From an uncultured Acidimicrobiaceae bacterium (GTDB taxonomy: Bacteria; Actinomycetota; Acidimicrobiia; Acidimicrobiales; RAAP-2): DNA of 64,000 nucleotides. Positions 39,876 to 50,025 of this stretch are shown in pieces. How positions within the stretch are numbered: the first letter of the stretch is position 1; the number at the start of each line of letters is the position of its first letter. A model generated the notes under the pieces. The model was not told the DNA's origin, did not search any database, and saw only the letters and a program-made list of their open reading frames with translations. The stretch is from assembly GCA_963791015.1 (NCBI GenBank), contig CAWBQX010000006.1, forward strand, positions 135,465-199,464. Reading direction: 5' to 3'. The translations under genes were made by a program, and so were the position numbers.

Positions 39876-40147
39876 GCGTCATCGTGCGAGTGCCGGGCCA
39901 GCTGCGGGTCCTTGTGGGCGGCGTGGGCGAGATTCCCGTCGAAGCGAGCACCGTACGTGAGGCGATCGGAGCCGTCGAAGTGATTCACCCCGGTCTCTCT
40001 GAGCGGGTCCTGGACGAGAACGGATCGCTGCGGCGATTTGTCAACATTTTCGTGGCTGACGAGGACATCCGGTTCCTCGACGGGCTGGACACCGTGGTCG
40101 CCGAAGGCGAGATCGTCTCCCTGGTCCCCGCGGTCGCCGGAGGGTGA
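39872..40147 (+). CDS. MoaD/ThiS-family sulfur-carrier protein (MetO/CysO-like)
   Basis: 91 aa, GTGA overlap with the upstream stop, beta-grasp size, C-terminus ..LVPAVAGG (diglycine). Confidence 0.75.
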   Translation: MSVIVRVPGQLRVLVGGVGEIPVEASTVREAIGAVEVIHPGLSERVLDENGSLRRFVNIFVADEDIRFLDGLDTVVAEGEIVSLVPAVAGG

Positions 40148-40151
40148 CCCG

Positions 40152-40178
40152 TTAGCACTCTCGGTAAGAGACTGCTAA
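40152..40178. promoter_or_regulatory. CIRCE operator (HrcA binding site)
   Basis: TTAGCACTC-N9-GACTGCTAA versus consensus TTAGCACTC-N9-GAGTGCTAA (one mismatch), 48 nt upstream of groEL. Confidence 0.8.
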
Positions 40179-40213
40179 TATTGCTTTGCACCAAAAAGGT
40201 GCAGACGCACTAG

Positions 40214-41848
<1,635 letters not shown>

Positions 41849-41877
41849 GTCGTACCTTCTGCACCACAAACGTGACG

Positions 41878-41903
41878 CACCGCGGGGCGAAAGCCCCGCG
41901 GTG
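41878..41903 (+). terminator. intrinsic terminator-like hairpin after groEL
   Basis: CACCGCGGGGC-GAAA-GCCCCGCGGTG (11-bp perfect stem) followed by TTGTCGTCTT. Confidence 0.6.
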
Positions 41904-41954
41904 TTGTCGTCTTGCGCCAATTTCCTTGGCGCCGATTCCCCGTAGCATGGGCCT

Positions 41955-42641
41955 ATGACGAGCCCCTCACCGGTCACTCCTGCCCGTGGTCTGAACGTTC
42001 TGCACCTGTTTTGTCACCCCGAGGGCGATGTTGACGGTGCCGCCGTCAACAAAGCGGTCGACGACGCCCGGGGCGCCGGACTCCAGATCGTGAGTGCGGC
42101 GATCGTGGGCGCCAAGGCCGACGCGTGCTTTATGGCGCTGGGGGAGAATCTCTGGGACCTGCGTCGTTTCCAGTCGAGTCTTCAGGCGGCCGGCCTGTTC
42201 GTGGCGGAGAGCTACGTATCGCTCACCGAGGTCAGTGAGTACGCCGCTGGTATGCCTGAGGAGATGCTCCAGGCCCGGCTGTATCCCACGCTGCCGCCCG
42301 AGGGCATGAGCGCGTTTTGCTTCTATCCCATGTCCAAGCGACGCGGTGAGGCGCACAACTGGTACCAACTCGACTACGACGCACGCGAGGCGCTGATGCG
42401 CGGGCACGGTGCCGTCGGTCGCACGTTCAAGGGCCGCATCCTGCAACTCATCACCGGTTCGTCGGGGCTCGATGACTGGGAGTGGGGCGTCACGCTCTTT
42501 GGCGTGCACGTGGACGACATCAAAGACTGCGTGTACACGATGCGCTTTGACGAGGCGTCTGCGCTCTACGCCGAGTTTGGACCCTTCTACACCGGCCTCG
42601 TCGGCACCGTCGACGAGGTACTCGACGCGACGCTGGCTTAG
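41955..42641 (+). CDS. chdC: chlorite dismutase-family coproheme decarboxylase (HemQ/ChdC)
   Basis: FCFYPMSKRR..NWY.L, GRILQLITGSSGLDDWEWGVTLF, about 228 aa as in actinobacterial HemQ. Confidence 0.8.
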   Translation: MTSPSPVTPARGLNVLHLFCHPEGDVDGAAVNKAVDDARGAGLQIVSAAIVGAKADACFMALGENLWDLRRFQSSLQAAGLFVAESYVSLTEVSEYAAGMPEEMLQARLYPTLPPEGMSAFCFYPMSKRRGEAHNWYQLDYDAREALMRGHGAVGRTFKGRILQLITGSSGLDDWEWGVTLFGVHVDDIKDCVYTMRFDEASALYAEFGPFYTGLVGTVDEVLDATLA

Positions 42642-42647
42642 GCACTC

Positions 42648-43337
42648 GTGTCGGACGTGATCCCCGAAAAGGCGCTACGCCGCTGGTCGGAGTCGCTCGC
42701 CGGCATCGCCAAGACCGGTCTCGGCTTCACCGACAGCCAGTACGAACGCGAGCGCTTCGAAGAGATTCTGAAGATCGCCGCCGACATCAAGACGGCGGCC
42801 GATGTGGGCCTTGACGGTGTGCTCGACGCTGATGGGTACGTCACGCAGTGGATGAGTGAAGTGGGTCGCGGCGTGCCCGGGTACCAAACGCCCAAGGTCG
42901 CGGTGGGAGCTGCGGTCACGAACGACCGCGGCCAGTTGTTGCTTATTCGCCGTGCCGATTCGGGGATGTGGCTTTATCCCACGGGCTGGTGCGACGTGGG
43001 CTACTCGGCACCCGAAGTGGTCGTGAAAGAAGTCGAGGAGGAGACCGGTATCCAGGTCGAGCCCGTGCGCCTCATCGGCGTGCTCGATGGCATGCGCCTG
43101 GGAGATTCGCGCATTCCGCTGTACTCACTTTTGTTCTTCTGTCGTGCCGTCGGCGGTGAACTCCGGCTTCACCCCCTGGAAGTGAGCGACGCGGGGTGGT
43201 TCGATCGCGACGCCCTGCCGAGTCCCACGATCGGGGCGGATCGATGGTCGGGTCCGGTCTTTGCCGCCATCGATGGAGAGTCGCGTGACGTGTACTACGA
43301 CGACCTGCGTCGACCGGTCTGGAGGGGCGAAGAATGA
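42648..43337 (+). CDS. NUDIX hydrolase with N-terminal Nudix_N_2-type domain
   Basis: N-domain LRRWSESLAGIAKTGLGFT.S.YERERFEEI; Nudix box GWCDVGYSAPEVVVKEVEEETG. Confidence 0.75.
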   Translation: MSDVIPEKALRRWSESLAGIAKTGLGFTDSQYERERFEEILKIAADIKTAADVGLDGVLDADGYVTQWMSEVGRGVPGYQTPKVAVGAAVTNDRGQLLLIRRADSGMWLYPTGWCDVGYSAPEVVVKEVEEETGIQVEPVRLIGVLDGMRLGDSRIPLYSLLFFCRAVGGELRLHPLEVSDAGWFDRDALPSPTIGADRWSGPVFAAIDGESRDVYYDDLRRPVWRGEE

Positions 43338-43771
43338 GCATCGTGATCGAGAAGGTTCAGTTCGCGACGGGCCCGTTGGTGGAGGCGCTGAATCGACTGT
43401 TGCCCCAGCTCTCGTCCGATCCGCCCACGCTCACCATCGGCGACCTTGAGCGGATACTGCACTCTGACTCAGCCGCGCTGTTCGTCGCCAAGGAAGGTCC
43501 GCGCGTTGTCGGAATGCTGACGCTGATCACCTTTCGCATCCCCACTGGTCGACGCGCGTGGATCGAAGACGTCGTCGTGGACGCCGATGCGCGCGGCGAA
43601 GGAATCGGAGAGCAACTCACCGAAGCCGCGATCGCCGAGGCGCGACGGCGCGGCGCACGAACCATCGACCTCACCAGTCGACCGTCGCGCGAGGCCGCCA
43701 ACGCGCTGTACCAAAAGATGGGGTTCGAACTGCGCGAGACCAATGTCTATCGTCTTGTGGTGGATGACTAA
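43334..43771 (+). CDS. GNAT-family N-acetyltransferase
   Basis: Acetyl-CoA motif VVVDADARGEGIGEQL...A...G, ..ALYQKMGF. Confidence 0.75.
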   Translation: MSIVIEKVQFATGPLVEALNRLLPQLSSDPPTLTIGDLERILHSDSAALFVAKEGPRVVGMLTLITFRIPTGRRAWIEDVVVDADARGEGIGEQLTEAAIAEARRRGARTIDLTSRPSREAANALYQKMGFELRETNVYRLVVDD

Positions 43772-43818
43772 GGAACAATCAGAGCGGATCTGAGTTGCCC
43801 ACCTGAATGGAGCCGGCC

Positions 43819-43987
43819 GTGTCGGAAATTGATCACCGGACAATCGCCATCGAGAGGTACAACCACTGCTGGGACTTAGATCAGCAACGCGGAGAGTCTC
43901 GCCGAGGAGATCGCTGACGACGAAGACCGTGCGTTGATCGCGAGTCAACTGGCGTCGATTCCACTGGGACCCACGTGTATCACATAA
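43819..43987 (+). pseudogene. degenerate remnant of a small conserved hypothetical gene (N-terminal piece joined to C-terminal piece, out of frame)
   Basis: GTG..SEIDHRTIAIERYNHCWDL in one frame, then ..SLAEEIADDEDRALIASQLASIP.. to TAA in the +1 frame. The second motif recurs at 44805-44852. Confidence 0.35.
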
Positions 43988-43997
43988 TGTGATACAC
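43975..43997. promoter_or_regulatory. perfect 23-bp palindrome, putative antitoxin operator
   Basis: GTGTATCACAT-A-ATGTGATACAC ends 8 nt upstream of the GTG of the RHH antitoxin gene. Confidence 0.5.
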
Positions 43998-44004
43998 TAG
44001 CGAC

Positions 44005-44256
44005 GTGGAAGGTAATGCGTCGCTCTTAGTTTCAATTCGATTGGATGCTCAATCGCAGCGGTCACTTCGCGCGCTTGAAGCGTCTGGGCTCACGCGTTCG
44101 GAGGCAATTCGCAAAGGTCTAACAGTTGCGGCCGAACAGCTTCGACGAATGGAAGTGATTCGTCAAGAGGCGGAGATGGTTGCGACGGACCAACACGATC
44201 GTCAAGAGATGCTGGAGATCGCGAATTTTATGGAGAGCCTTCGTGTCGAGGGGTGA
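44005..44256 (+). CDS. ribbon-helix-helix (CopG/MazE-like) type II antitoxin
   Basis: 83 aa; LVSIRLDAQSQRSLRALEASGLTRSEAIRKGL is an RHH motif; acidic C-terminal tail; overlaps the toxin start. Confidence 0.75.
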   Translation: MEGNASLLVSIRLDAQSQRSLRALEASGLTRSEAIRKGLTVAAEQLRRMEVIRQEAEMVATDQHDRQEMLEIANFMESLRVEG

Positions 44257-44560
44257 CATCGTTCGACTCACTCCCCCGAAGAGCGTTGGACGAGAGCAAC
44301 AGGGGTCTCGCTTCGGCGTGATTTTGCAGTCTGATGCTCTCGCACCACTTTCGACAGTCATCGTGGCGCCAACCTCCCGGAGCGCGATTCAGACTCATTT
44401 TCGCCCCCTCATCCTGATCGAGAGTGAGTCGACAAAGGTGCTGGTCGAGCAACTTGTCGCTATCGACGTACGACGGGCGAGTGAGAGAGTCGGACAGGTT
44501 TCAGTTGAGGAGATGTGGGCTATCGACGACGCCCTATCTCTCGTTGTGGGTTTGCACTGA
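44243..44560 (+). CDS. mazF: PemK/MazF-family type II toxin endoribonuclease
   Basis: GTG 44243 overlaps the antitoxin stop; GDIVRL......GREQQGSRFGVILQSD......VIVAPTS......V.QL.AIDVRR. Confidence 0.85.
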   Translation: MSRGDIVRLTPPKSVGREQQGSRFGVILQSDALAPLSTVIVAPTSRSAIQTHFRPLILIESESTKVLVEQLVAIDVRRASERVGQVSVEEMWAIDDALSLVVGLH

Positions 44561-44624
44561 GTCATCCCTTACTTCTCGAGTGATCCGGGAGAGAATCGGG
44601 AATCTCATGATCGTCAATACTTGA

Positions 44625-44798
44625 CCTCGTGGCGGCGCTGTCGGCGGGTTATGAGCCTAAGGGCATGACCCCCGCGCAGCAGGTACGGTGAGTTCTTCTC
44701 GTGGGCGTGATCGCCTTTGTGGTGGGTGCGCTGGACTCCGTGATCAAGGGCCAGGGGTACGGGCTCTCCGGCGCCCTCAGCCAGGCTGCGGCGCCCTG
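44625..44798. repeat. copy A of a 174-bp direct repeat (upstream region plus first 135 nt of the membrane-protein gene at 46030)
   Basis: Hand alignment to 45990..46163 gives 21 mismatches in 174. Copy A carries CGA to TGA at codon 9 (MTPAQQVR-stop). Confidence 0.8.
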
Positions 44799-44924
44799 AT
44801 CGAGGTGATCGCTGACGAAGAAGATCGCGATCTGATCGCGAGTCAGCTTGCCACGATGAAGCAACCTGCGCCGAGAGTCGCTGTCGCCGCCGATTTAGAC
44901 CAGTGCCGTGGCATCTTAAAGTGA
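44664..44924 (+). pseudogene. chimeric remnant: 5' fragment of membrane-protein gene fused to a C-terminal ..IADEEDRDLIASQLA.. fragment
   Basis: ATG 44664 with an in-frame TGA after 8 codons. Homology to 46030.. ends at 44798. The following frame (ORF 44688..44924) reads ..EVIADEEDRDLIASQLATMKQP.. Confidence 0.5.
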
Positions 44925-44966
44925 CCAGGGAGTCTCAGCGTGTGACTCCAGCGAGAGGATCGTGAC

Positions 44967-45971
44967 ATGCCCCAACCGGCGACACCCGAGTGGTACGAAC
45001 AGGTCCGCGAGGATGTGGTTGATCCCGACCAGCGGATCATCGATCCGCATCATCACCTCTGGCCCGGCGGCGGCTACGTCTCGTACGGACTCGACGAACT
45101 GAAGGCTGACGTTCGCAGCGGGCATCGCGTGGAGCACACGGTGTTTGTGCAGTGCCACGCGAGTTACCGCACCGACGGACCCGAGTACCTGATGCCAGTA
45201 GGTGAGACCGAGTTCGTGGCCCAGACCTCGGTCGGCGATCCCGATCATCTCATCGCCGGCATCGTCGCGCGCATCGATCTTGCGGACGCGGAGCACTTCG
45301 ACGAAGCCTTCGAGGCGCACCTTGAGGCGAGCGACGGGCTGTTGCGCGGGATCCGCGACGCGGCGGCGAGTGAACCGTATCCCGAAGGGATCATGTTGGC
45401 TGGCGGCCGCAGCGTCGCGGGCAAGTACGCGGACTCCGCCTTTCGCGCGGGCGTCGCTGAACTCGGGCGCCGGGGGCTCGCCTATGACGCATGGCACTTT
45501 CACCACCAGAACCATGAGTTCGCCGCACTGGCGCGCGCCGTGCCCGATACGACAATGGTGCTCGACCACTTCGGAACGCCGCTGGGTGTTGGCGTCTACG
45601 CCGGTCGTCGCGAGGAGATTTTCGACCAGTGGCAACTGGACATGGAGGAGATCGCGGCGTGCGAGAACGTGGTGGCCAAGTTGGGCGGTCTGGCGATGCC
45701 CGACAACGGTTTCGGTTTTGACAGCGCCGAGCGACCTCCGACGTCCGATGAGTTCGTCGCCCTTCAAAAGCGCTACTACGACCACGCCATCGAGTGCTTC
45801 ACCCCGAGTCGGTGCATGTTCGAGTCGAACTTCCCGGTCGATCGCAGTTCGTTGTCGTATCGCGTCCTGTGGAACGCCCTGAAGAAGATCGCCGCGCCAT
45901 ACTCCGCGAGCGAACGTGACGACATGTTCTTCGCTACGGCCGCGCGCGTGTACAACCTCGCGACCGACTGA
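44967..45971 (+). CDS. amidohydrolase-2 (TIM-barrel metal-dependent hydrolase) family protein
   Basis: IIDPHHHLWP metal motif near the N-terminus, ..VLDHFG.., ..FESNFPVD.. near the C-terminus. Confidence 0.8.
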   Translation: MPQPATPEWYEQVREDVVDPDQRIIDPHHHLWPGGGYVSYGLDELKADVRSGHRVEHTVFVQCHASYRTDGPEYLMPVGETEFVAQTSVGDPDHLIAGIVARIDLADAEHFDEAFEAHLEASDGLLRGIRDAAASEPYPEGIMLAGGRSVAGKYADSAFRAGVAELGRRGLAYDAWHFHHQNHEFAALARAVPDTTMVLDHFGTPLGVGVYAGRREEIFDQWQLDMEEIAACENVVAKLGGLAMPDNGFGFDSAERPPTSDEFVALQKRYYDHAIECFTPSRCMFESNFPVDRSSLSYRVLWNALKKIAAPYSASERDDMFFATAARVYNLATD

Positions 45972-45989
45972 GGCGCATGGGTTAGAAGG

Positions 45990-46163
45990 CCCCGTGGCAG
46001 AGCAGTCGGAGGATCATTAGCCTTGGGCCATGACCCGCGCACAGCAGGTACGGCGAGTTCTTCTCGTGGGCGTCATCGCCTTTGGGGCGGGTGCGCTGGA
46101 TTCGGTGATCAAGGGTCAGGGGTACGGGCTCTCCGGCGCGCTCAGCCAGGCTGCGGCGCCCTG
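45990..46163. repeat. copy B of the 174-bp direct repeat (intact gene start)
   Basis: See copy A at 44625..44798. Confidence 0.8.
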
Positions 46164-46638
46164 GTTTCTCCTCGCGTTTTTGGCCGGCGCCGCCACCAGT
46201 AGTCGGCGCTACATCCTCGGATCACTCAGCGGGCTGGGTGCCACGATCTGTGCCCTCACTGGCTTTTACTTCGTGAACAGCATCATCTTCCTCTCAGGAA
46301 CGTGGACGTGGAGTTTTCACTGGGCGCTGCACACCGGAAAGATCTACTACGAATTGGGGGTCATTAGCGGCCCCCTCATGGGCTGGCTGGGGGCGTGGTG
46401 GAAGCGCAACCTCTCCATCGTTCCCGTCGTCTTACTCGGCATGGCGTTCGTCGCCGAGGCGCTCATTCGCGCTCCTCGTTCGTACGTCTTCTTCCAGTAC
46501 GGCGGCAAGGTGGCCACCATCGAAGCCGTGGTGGGAGCGCTATGGATCACCAGCGCTTTTTACCTCACGATGGCGCTTCGCCAGCGAGATCATCCCGATC
46601 AACGAGAGAACAACATCACCCACGTTCGATTCGAGTGA
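46030..46638 (+). CDS. hypothetical multi-pass membrane protein
   Basis: 202 aa with about 5-6 hydrophobic segments; no motif recognised. Confidence 0.55.
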   Translation: MTRAQQVRRVLLVGVIAFGAGALDSVIKGQGYGLSGALSQAAAPWFLLAFLAGAATSSRRYILGSLSGLGATICALTGFYFVNSIIFLSGTWTWSFHWALHTGKIYYELGVISGPLMGWLGAWWKRNLSIVPVVLLGMAFVAEALIRAPRSYVFFQYGGKVATIEAVVGALWITSAFYLTMALRQRDHPDQRENNITHVRFE

Positions 46639-46657
46639 CCAGAGCCGTCACTCGGTC

Positions 46658-47122
46658 TCACGGTGTCGCCAGGTCCTTGTACATCTGCTGGGTCGAAACG
46701 ACGTAGCCCGCCGCGTCGTACAGGTGACGGGCCACTTTGTTGGGGCCAAAGACGTTAAGGCCCAGTCGGATGCCTCCGTGTGTCGCTACGAACTCTTCGG
46801 CGGCGCGAAGGGTGGGTCGACCGAGCCCGGTACCGCGATGAGCCTCGTCGATCACGATGTCGAAGATCCACCAGTCCGGTCCCACGCCGTTGCGCAGGCC
46901 GAGCCACAACGTGCCGACCTTCTCGCCCTCGCGCAGCACGTTCAAGAAGAACTGGTCGTCGAAGAGAGCGCTGGTGCGTGCGATGTTTTCTTCGGCCTCG
47001 TCGAGCGACAGGCCCGAGTCGAGGAGTTCCTGGCGATACTCCGCGGTCGATGCCTCCAGGTAGGTCCGGCGTTCGTCGGCTGACTTGTCTTCGAGCGTGA
47101 GGGGGATGTCGGGCGAAGCCAT
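46658..47122 (-). CDS. GNAT-family N-acetyltransferase
   Basis: IVIDEAHRGTGLGRPTL.AAE..V, ..HLYDAAGY. Confidence 0.75.
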   Translation of the reverse strand: MASPDIPLTLEDKSADERRTYLEASTAEYRQELLDSGLSLDEAEENIARTSALFDDQFFLNVLREGEKVGTLWLGLRNGVGPDWWIFDIVIDEAHRGTGLGRPTLRAAEEFVATHGGIRLGLNVFGPNKVARHLYDAAGYVVSTQQMYKDLATP

Positions 47123-47787
47123 TACTGGACGACGAGCAGTGCGAAGCCGTCGTACCCCTTGGTGCCCACGGTCTGGATCACCGTGGCGCTGACGCGCGGA
47201 TCACGCGCCGCGAGATCGAGGAAAGCCCGCACCGCGCGGACGTTCTCGTCCGTACTGGCCGCGTTCGCCACCTCGCCATCTCGAACGACGTTGTCGGCGA
47301 CGATTACGGTTCCCGGTCGAGAGAGATCGAGCGACAGCTCCAGATACTCGGGGTACTGATTTTTGTTGGCGTCGATGAAGATGAAGTCGAAGGGCTCTTC
47401 GTGTGCCGCGGCGAGGTCACGGAGCGAATCCGCCGCCGGACCGACGCGTACATCGACGAGATGGCCGAGGCCGGCGCGGTCGAGATTCGCTCGAGCGACA
47501 CCCGCGTGCTTGTCGCTGAGCTCAAGGGTGACAAGATGTCCGTCGTCGGGCAGGGCACGCGCCAGAGAGATCGCGCTGTATCCGCCCAGCGTGCCGATCT
47601 CCAGAATTCGTCGCGCGCCGCTCATCGTCGCAAGCAGTTCGAGCATCTTTCCCTGCGTCGTGGACACCGCGATGTGGGGCAGGCCCGCCGCGTCGCTGTC
47701 GGCCAGCGCGCCCGAGAGCGCGGCGTCGTCCAGCGAGAACACCGTCCCGACGTAGTTGTCAACTTCGGTCCATCGTTCGTCATCCAT
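47122..47787 (-). CDS. class I SAM-dependent O-methyltransferase (caffeoyl-CoA OMT-like)
   Basis: RILEIGTLGGYSA, FDFIFIDANK, typical 221-aa Methyltransf_3 layout. Confidence 0.8.
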   Translation of the reverse strand: MDDERWTEVDNYVGTVFSLDDAALSGALADSDAAGLPHIAVSTTQGKMLELLATMSGARRILEIGTLGGYSAISLARALPDDGHLVTLELSDKHAGVARANLDRAGLGHLVDVRVGPAADSLRDLAAAHEEPFDFIFIDANKNQYPEYLELSLDLSRPGTVIVADNVVRDGEVANAASTDENVRAVRAFLDLAARDPRVSATVIQTVGTKGYDGFALLVVQ

Positions 47788-47856
47788 GTCGCCAGTATTC
47801 CAGATCCCAAATTTGCTTCCACGAAATTCGAAGGGTGCGTCACTAGTGTCTTAACG

Positions 47857-48657
47857 ATGTCCACGGATCGGTACTCGCACGGTCATCACGAATCGGTCCT
47901 CCGGAGCCACCGTTGGCGAACCGCCGAGAACTCCGCCGCGTTCCTCCTGCCGCACTTGCGTCGCACCATGAGCGTGCTGGACGTCGGGTGCGGACCGGGC
48001 AACATTACGGCCGGACTCGCGCGCAAGGTCGACCACGGGTCGATCGTCGGCATCGACATCGAGCAGTCGGTGATCGACATCGCCAACGCGGAGCAGTCGC
48101 CAAAGGCGGCCAACCTCACGTTCCGGGTCGGCGACGTCTACCACCTCGACTTTCCCGACGAGCACTTCGACGTCGTTTACGCGCACCAGCTCCTTCAGCA
48201 CGTAGGACGTCCCGTTGCTGCGCTAGAAGAGATGCGCCGTGTTCTCAAGACCGGCGGACTGCTCGCCGTGCGCGATGGCGACTACGGCGCCTTCGCCTGG
48301 TATCCCACCGATGAAGTTCTCGATCGGTGGATGGCGCTCTACCACGAGCTCACCACGCGCAATGGCGCCCAAGCGGACGCCGGGCGACGGCTGAAGGCGT
48401 GGGCTCGCGCGGCGGGATTCGAGTCCGTCGTCGAGACGTCGTCCAACTGGACGTTCCAGAGCGACGAGGAGCGGGCCTGGTGGGGCGGACTGTGGGCCGA
48501 CCGGGTTCGTGAGAGCGAGTTCGCGGCCCAGTGCCTCGAGTACGGATTGAGCGATCGCGACGAACTCGAGGCGATCGCCGAAGCCTTCCTGCGATGGAGC
48601 GCCGATCCCGACGGCGTCTTCCTCGCGGTGAACGGCGAGGTACTTGCGCGTCGCTAG
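47857..48657 (+). CDS. class I SAM-dependent methyltransferase (Methyltransf_11/25 type)
   Basis: ATG 47857; VLDVGCGPGNIT motif I, FDVVYAHQLLQHV. The upstream part of ORF 47401.. is antisense to the OMT gene and not coding. Confidence 0.8.
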   Translation: MSTDRYSHGHHESVLRSHRWRTAENSAAFLLPHLRRTMSVLDVGCGPGNITAGLARKVDHGSIVGIDIEQSVIDIANAEQSPKAANLTFRVGDVYHLDFPDEHFDVVYAHQLLQHVGRPVAALEEMRRVLKTGGLLAVRDGDYGAFAWYPTDEVLDRWMALYHELTTRNGAQADAGRRLKAWARAAGFESVVETSSNWTFQSDEERAWWGGLWADRVRESEFAAQCLEYGLSDRDELEAIAEAFLRWSADPDGVFLAVNGEVLARR

Positions 48658-49133
48658 TCGACGCGCCGACGCCACACGAGAAGGTCGCCGTCGTGCGCGT
48701 CACGACGCTCGCCCACGTGTTCAAAGCCGGACTTTCGCAGCACCGCCTGACTCGCCCCGTTCTGCACGGTGGTCTCGGCGTACAGATCGAGGGACCGACC
48801 GGCGACGATGTCGAGCAGTTGGGCAAGGGCCGCACTGGCCACACCTTTACCCCACTGACTTCGCACGACGCCGTATCCGATCTCGGCGGTGTTGGTGGGC
48901 GAGGGTGCCCCCTTGAAGCCAATCGTTCCTGCGACCAACCCGTCCACGACGATCAGCCACGACGCGGACCAGGGCTCATGAGCGTCGGCGTCGAAGCGCG
49001 ACATCTGCAAGCCCGCAAGGTCGCCCTCGGAGGGGAAGTCGTCGGCCCAGCCCCACTCGGGACGATCACCGTCGGCGACCGCGCGCACGATGGACTCATC
49101 GGCCTGGCGCAGGGTCACCGTGGGTGTTGGCAT
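48654..49133 (-). CDS. GNAT-family N-acetyltransferase (RimJ/RimL-like)
   Basis: ATG 49133 (MPTPTVTLRQA); EIGYGVVRSQWGKGVASAAL, ...N.ASQAVLRKSGF. Confidence 0.7.
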   Translation of the reverse strand: MPTPTVTLRQADESIVRAVADGDRPEWGWADDFPSEGDLAGLQMSRFDADAHEPWSASWLIVVDGLVAGTIGFKGAPSPTNTAEIGYGVVRSQWGKGVASAALAQLLDIVAGRSLDLYAETTVQNGASQAVLRKSGFEHVGERRDAHDGDLLVWRRRVD

Positions 49134-49188
49134 CGTTACAGTCTCGCGGATTTGCTGAGACCCGGACACCGCGCCCGGGGCTGTTGCG

Positions 49189-49990
49189 TCAGTCGTCGGA
49201 GTTGACAGCGCGGAGTTCCCCAAGTCCCCGTCGCGCTTCGCGTACGGCGACGGGATGTAGATGTGGGTGTTCGGAGACGAAGCGCCGAACCGAATCGGCG
49301 TCGAGACGGGCGATATCCCGCAGAGCCCATCCAATCGCCTTGGCGACGAAGAACTCCCGGCTTCGCGAGTGAGTGTCACAGATCGATAAAACGAAGGAAA
49401 TGTCGGTGTTCTTCTTCCAGCCACGCTGGTGCTGGATGGCGGCACGGTTGAGCCACAAGGTTGGACGAGGCCGACCACGTGAGGACGAGCTCGGACGCGT
49501 CATATCGCCAGCACAAGGGGCTCACCGCACTGGAGCCAAGTCCGTCAACGGTGTCCCACCACGATGTGGTGGTTAAGAGGTCAGCCACATACTCAACGAG
49601 GAAGGATTCATCGGTCGATGACAGATACGTCGCGATGAGGTCGCTCGCGGCGTAGTGGTACTCGCGCTCCCTTTGCGCTACGAGGGCGAAGCACGCAAGA
49701 CCGAGTTCGTCGTTGGTGGGCGTGTCGAGAACTTGCCACGCGTCGCGCTGTGCACGTCGGCGGGCCGGAGATCGCACTCCGAGAAAGGGCGCGACGTCCT
49801 TCATGTACGCCGCCATGGAGATCGCCTCACGATCGTCGGCGAGGGGAACAAGCGCGAGGCGCGTGAGGCAAAGAGCTTGGTCTGGCCACGCGTGACGCAC
49901 GGCGCCATGGTAGAGCGAGCGTTGGTTCTCTCTACGGGACCGGCCGGACGGACCTGCCATAAAGTGGGGGCGTATCGCCCGAGTGTCCAC
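49189..49990 (-). pseudogene. DNA alkylation repair protein (AlkD-like HEAT-repeat family) with one +1 frameshift
   Basis: ORF 49376..49990 (..AAYMKDVAPFLGVRSPARR..WWDTVD..) and ORF 49189..49503 (WLNRAAIQHQRGWKKNTD..EFFVAKAIGWALRDIA) join at about 49456-49462. Confidence 0.7.
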
Positions 49991-50025
49991 GAGACTCTGG
50001 TCGGCCCTAGTAGAAACGACACCTG

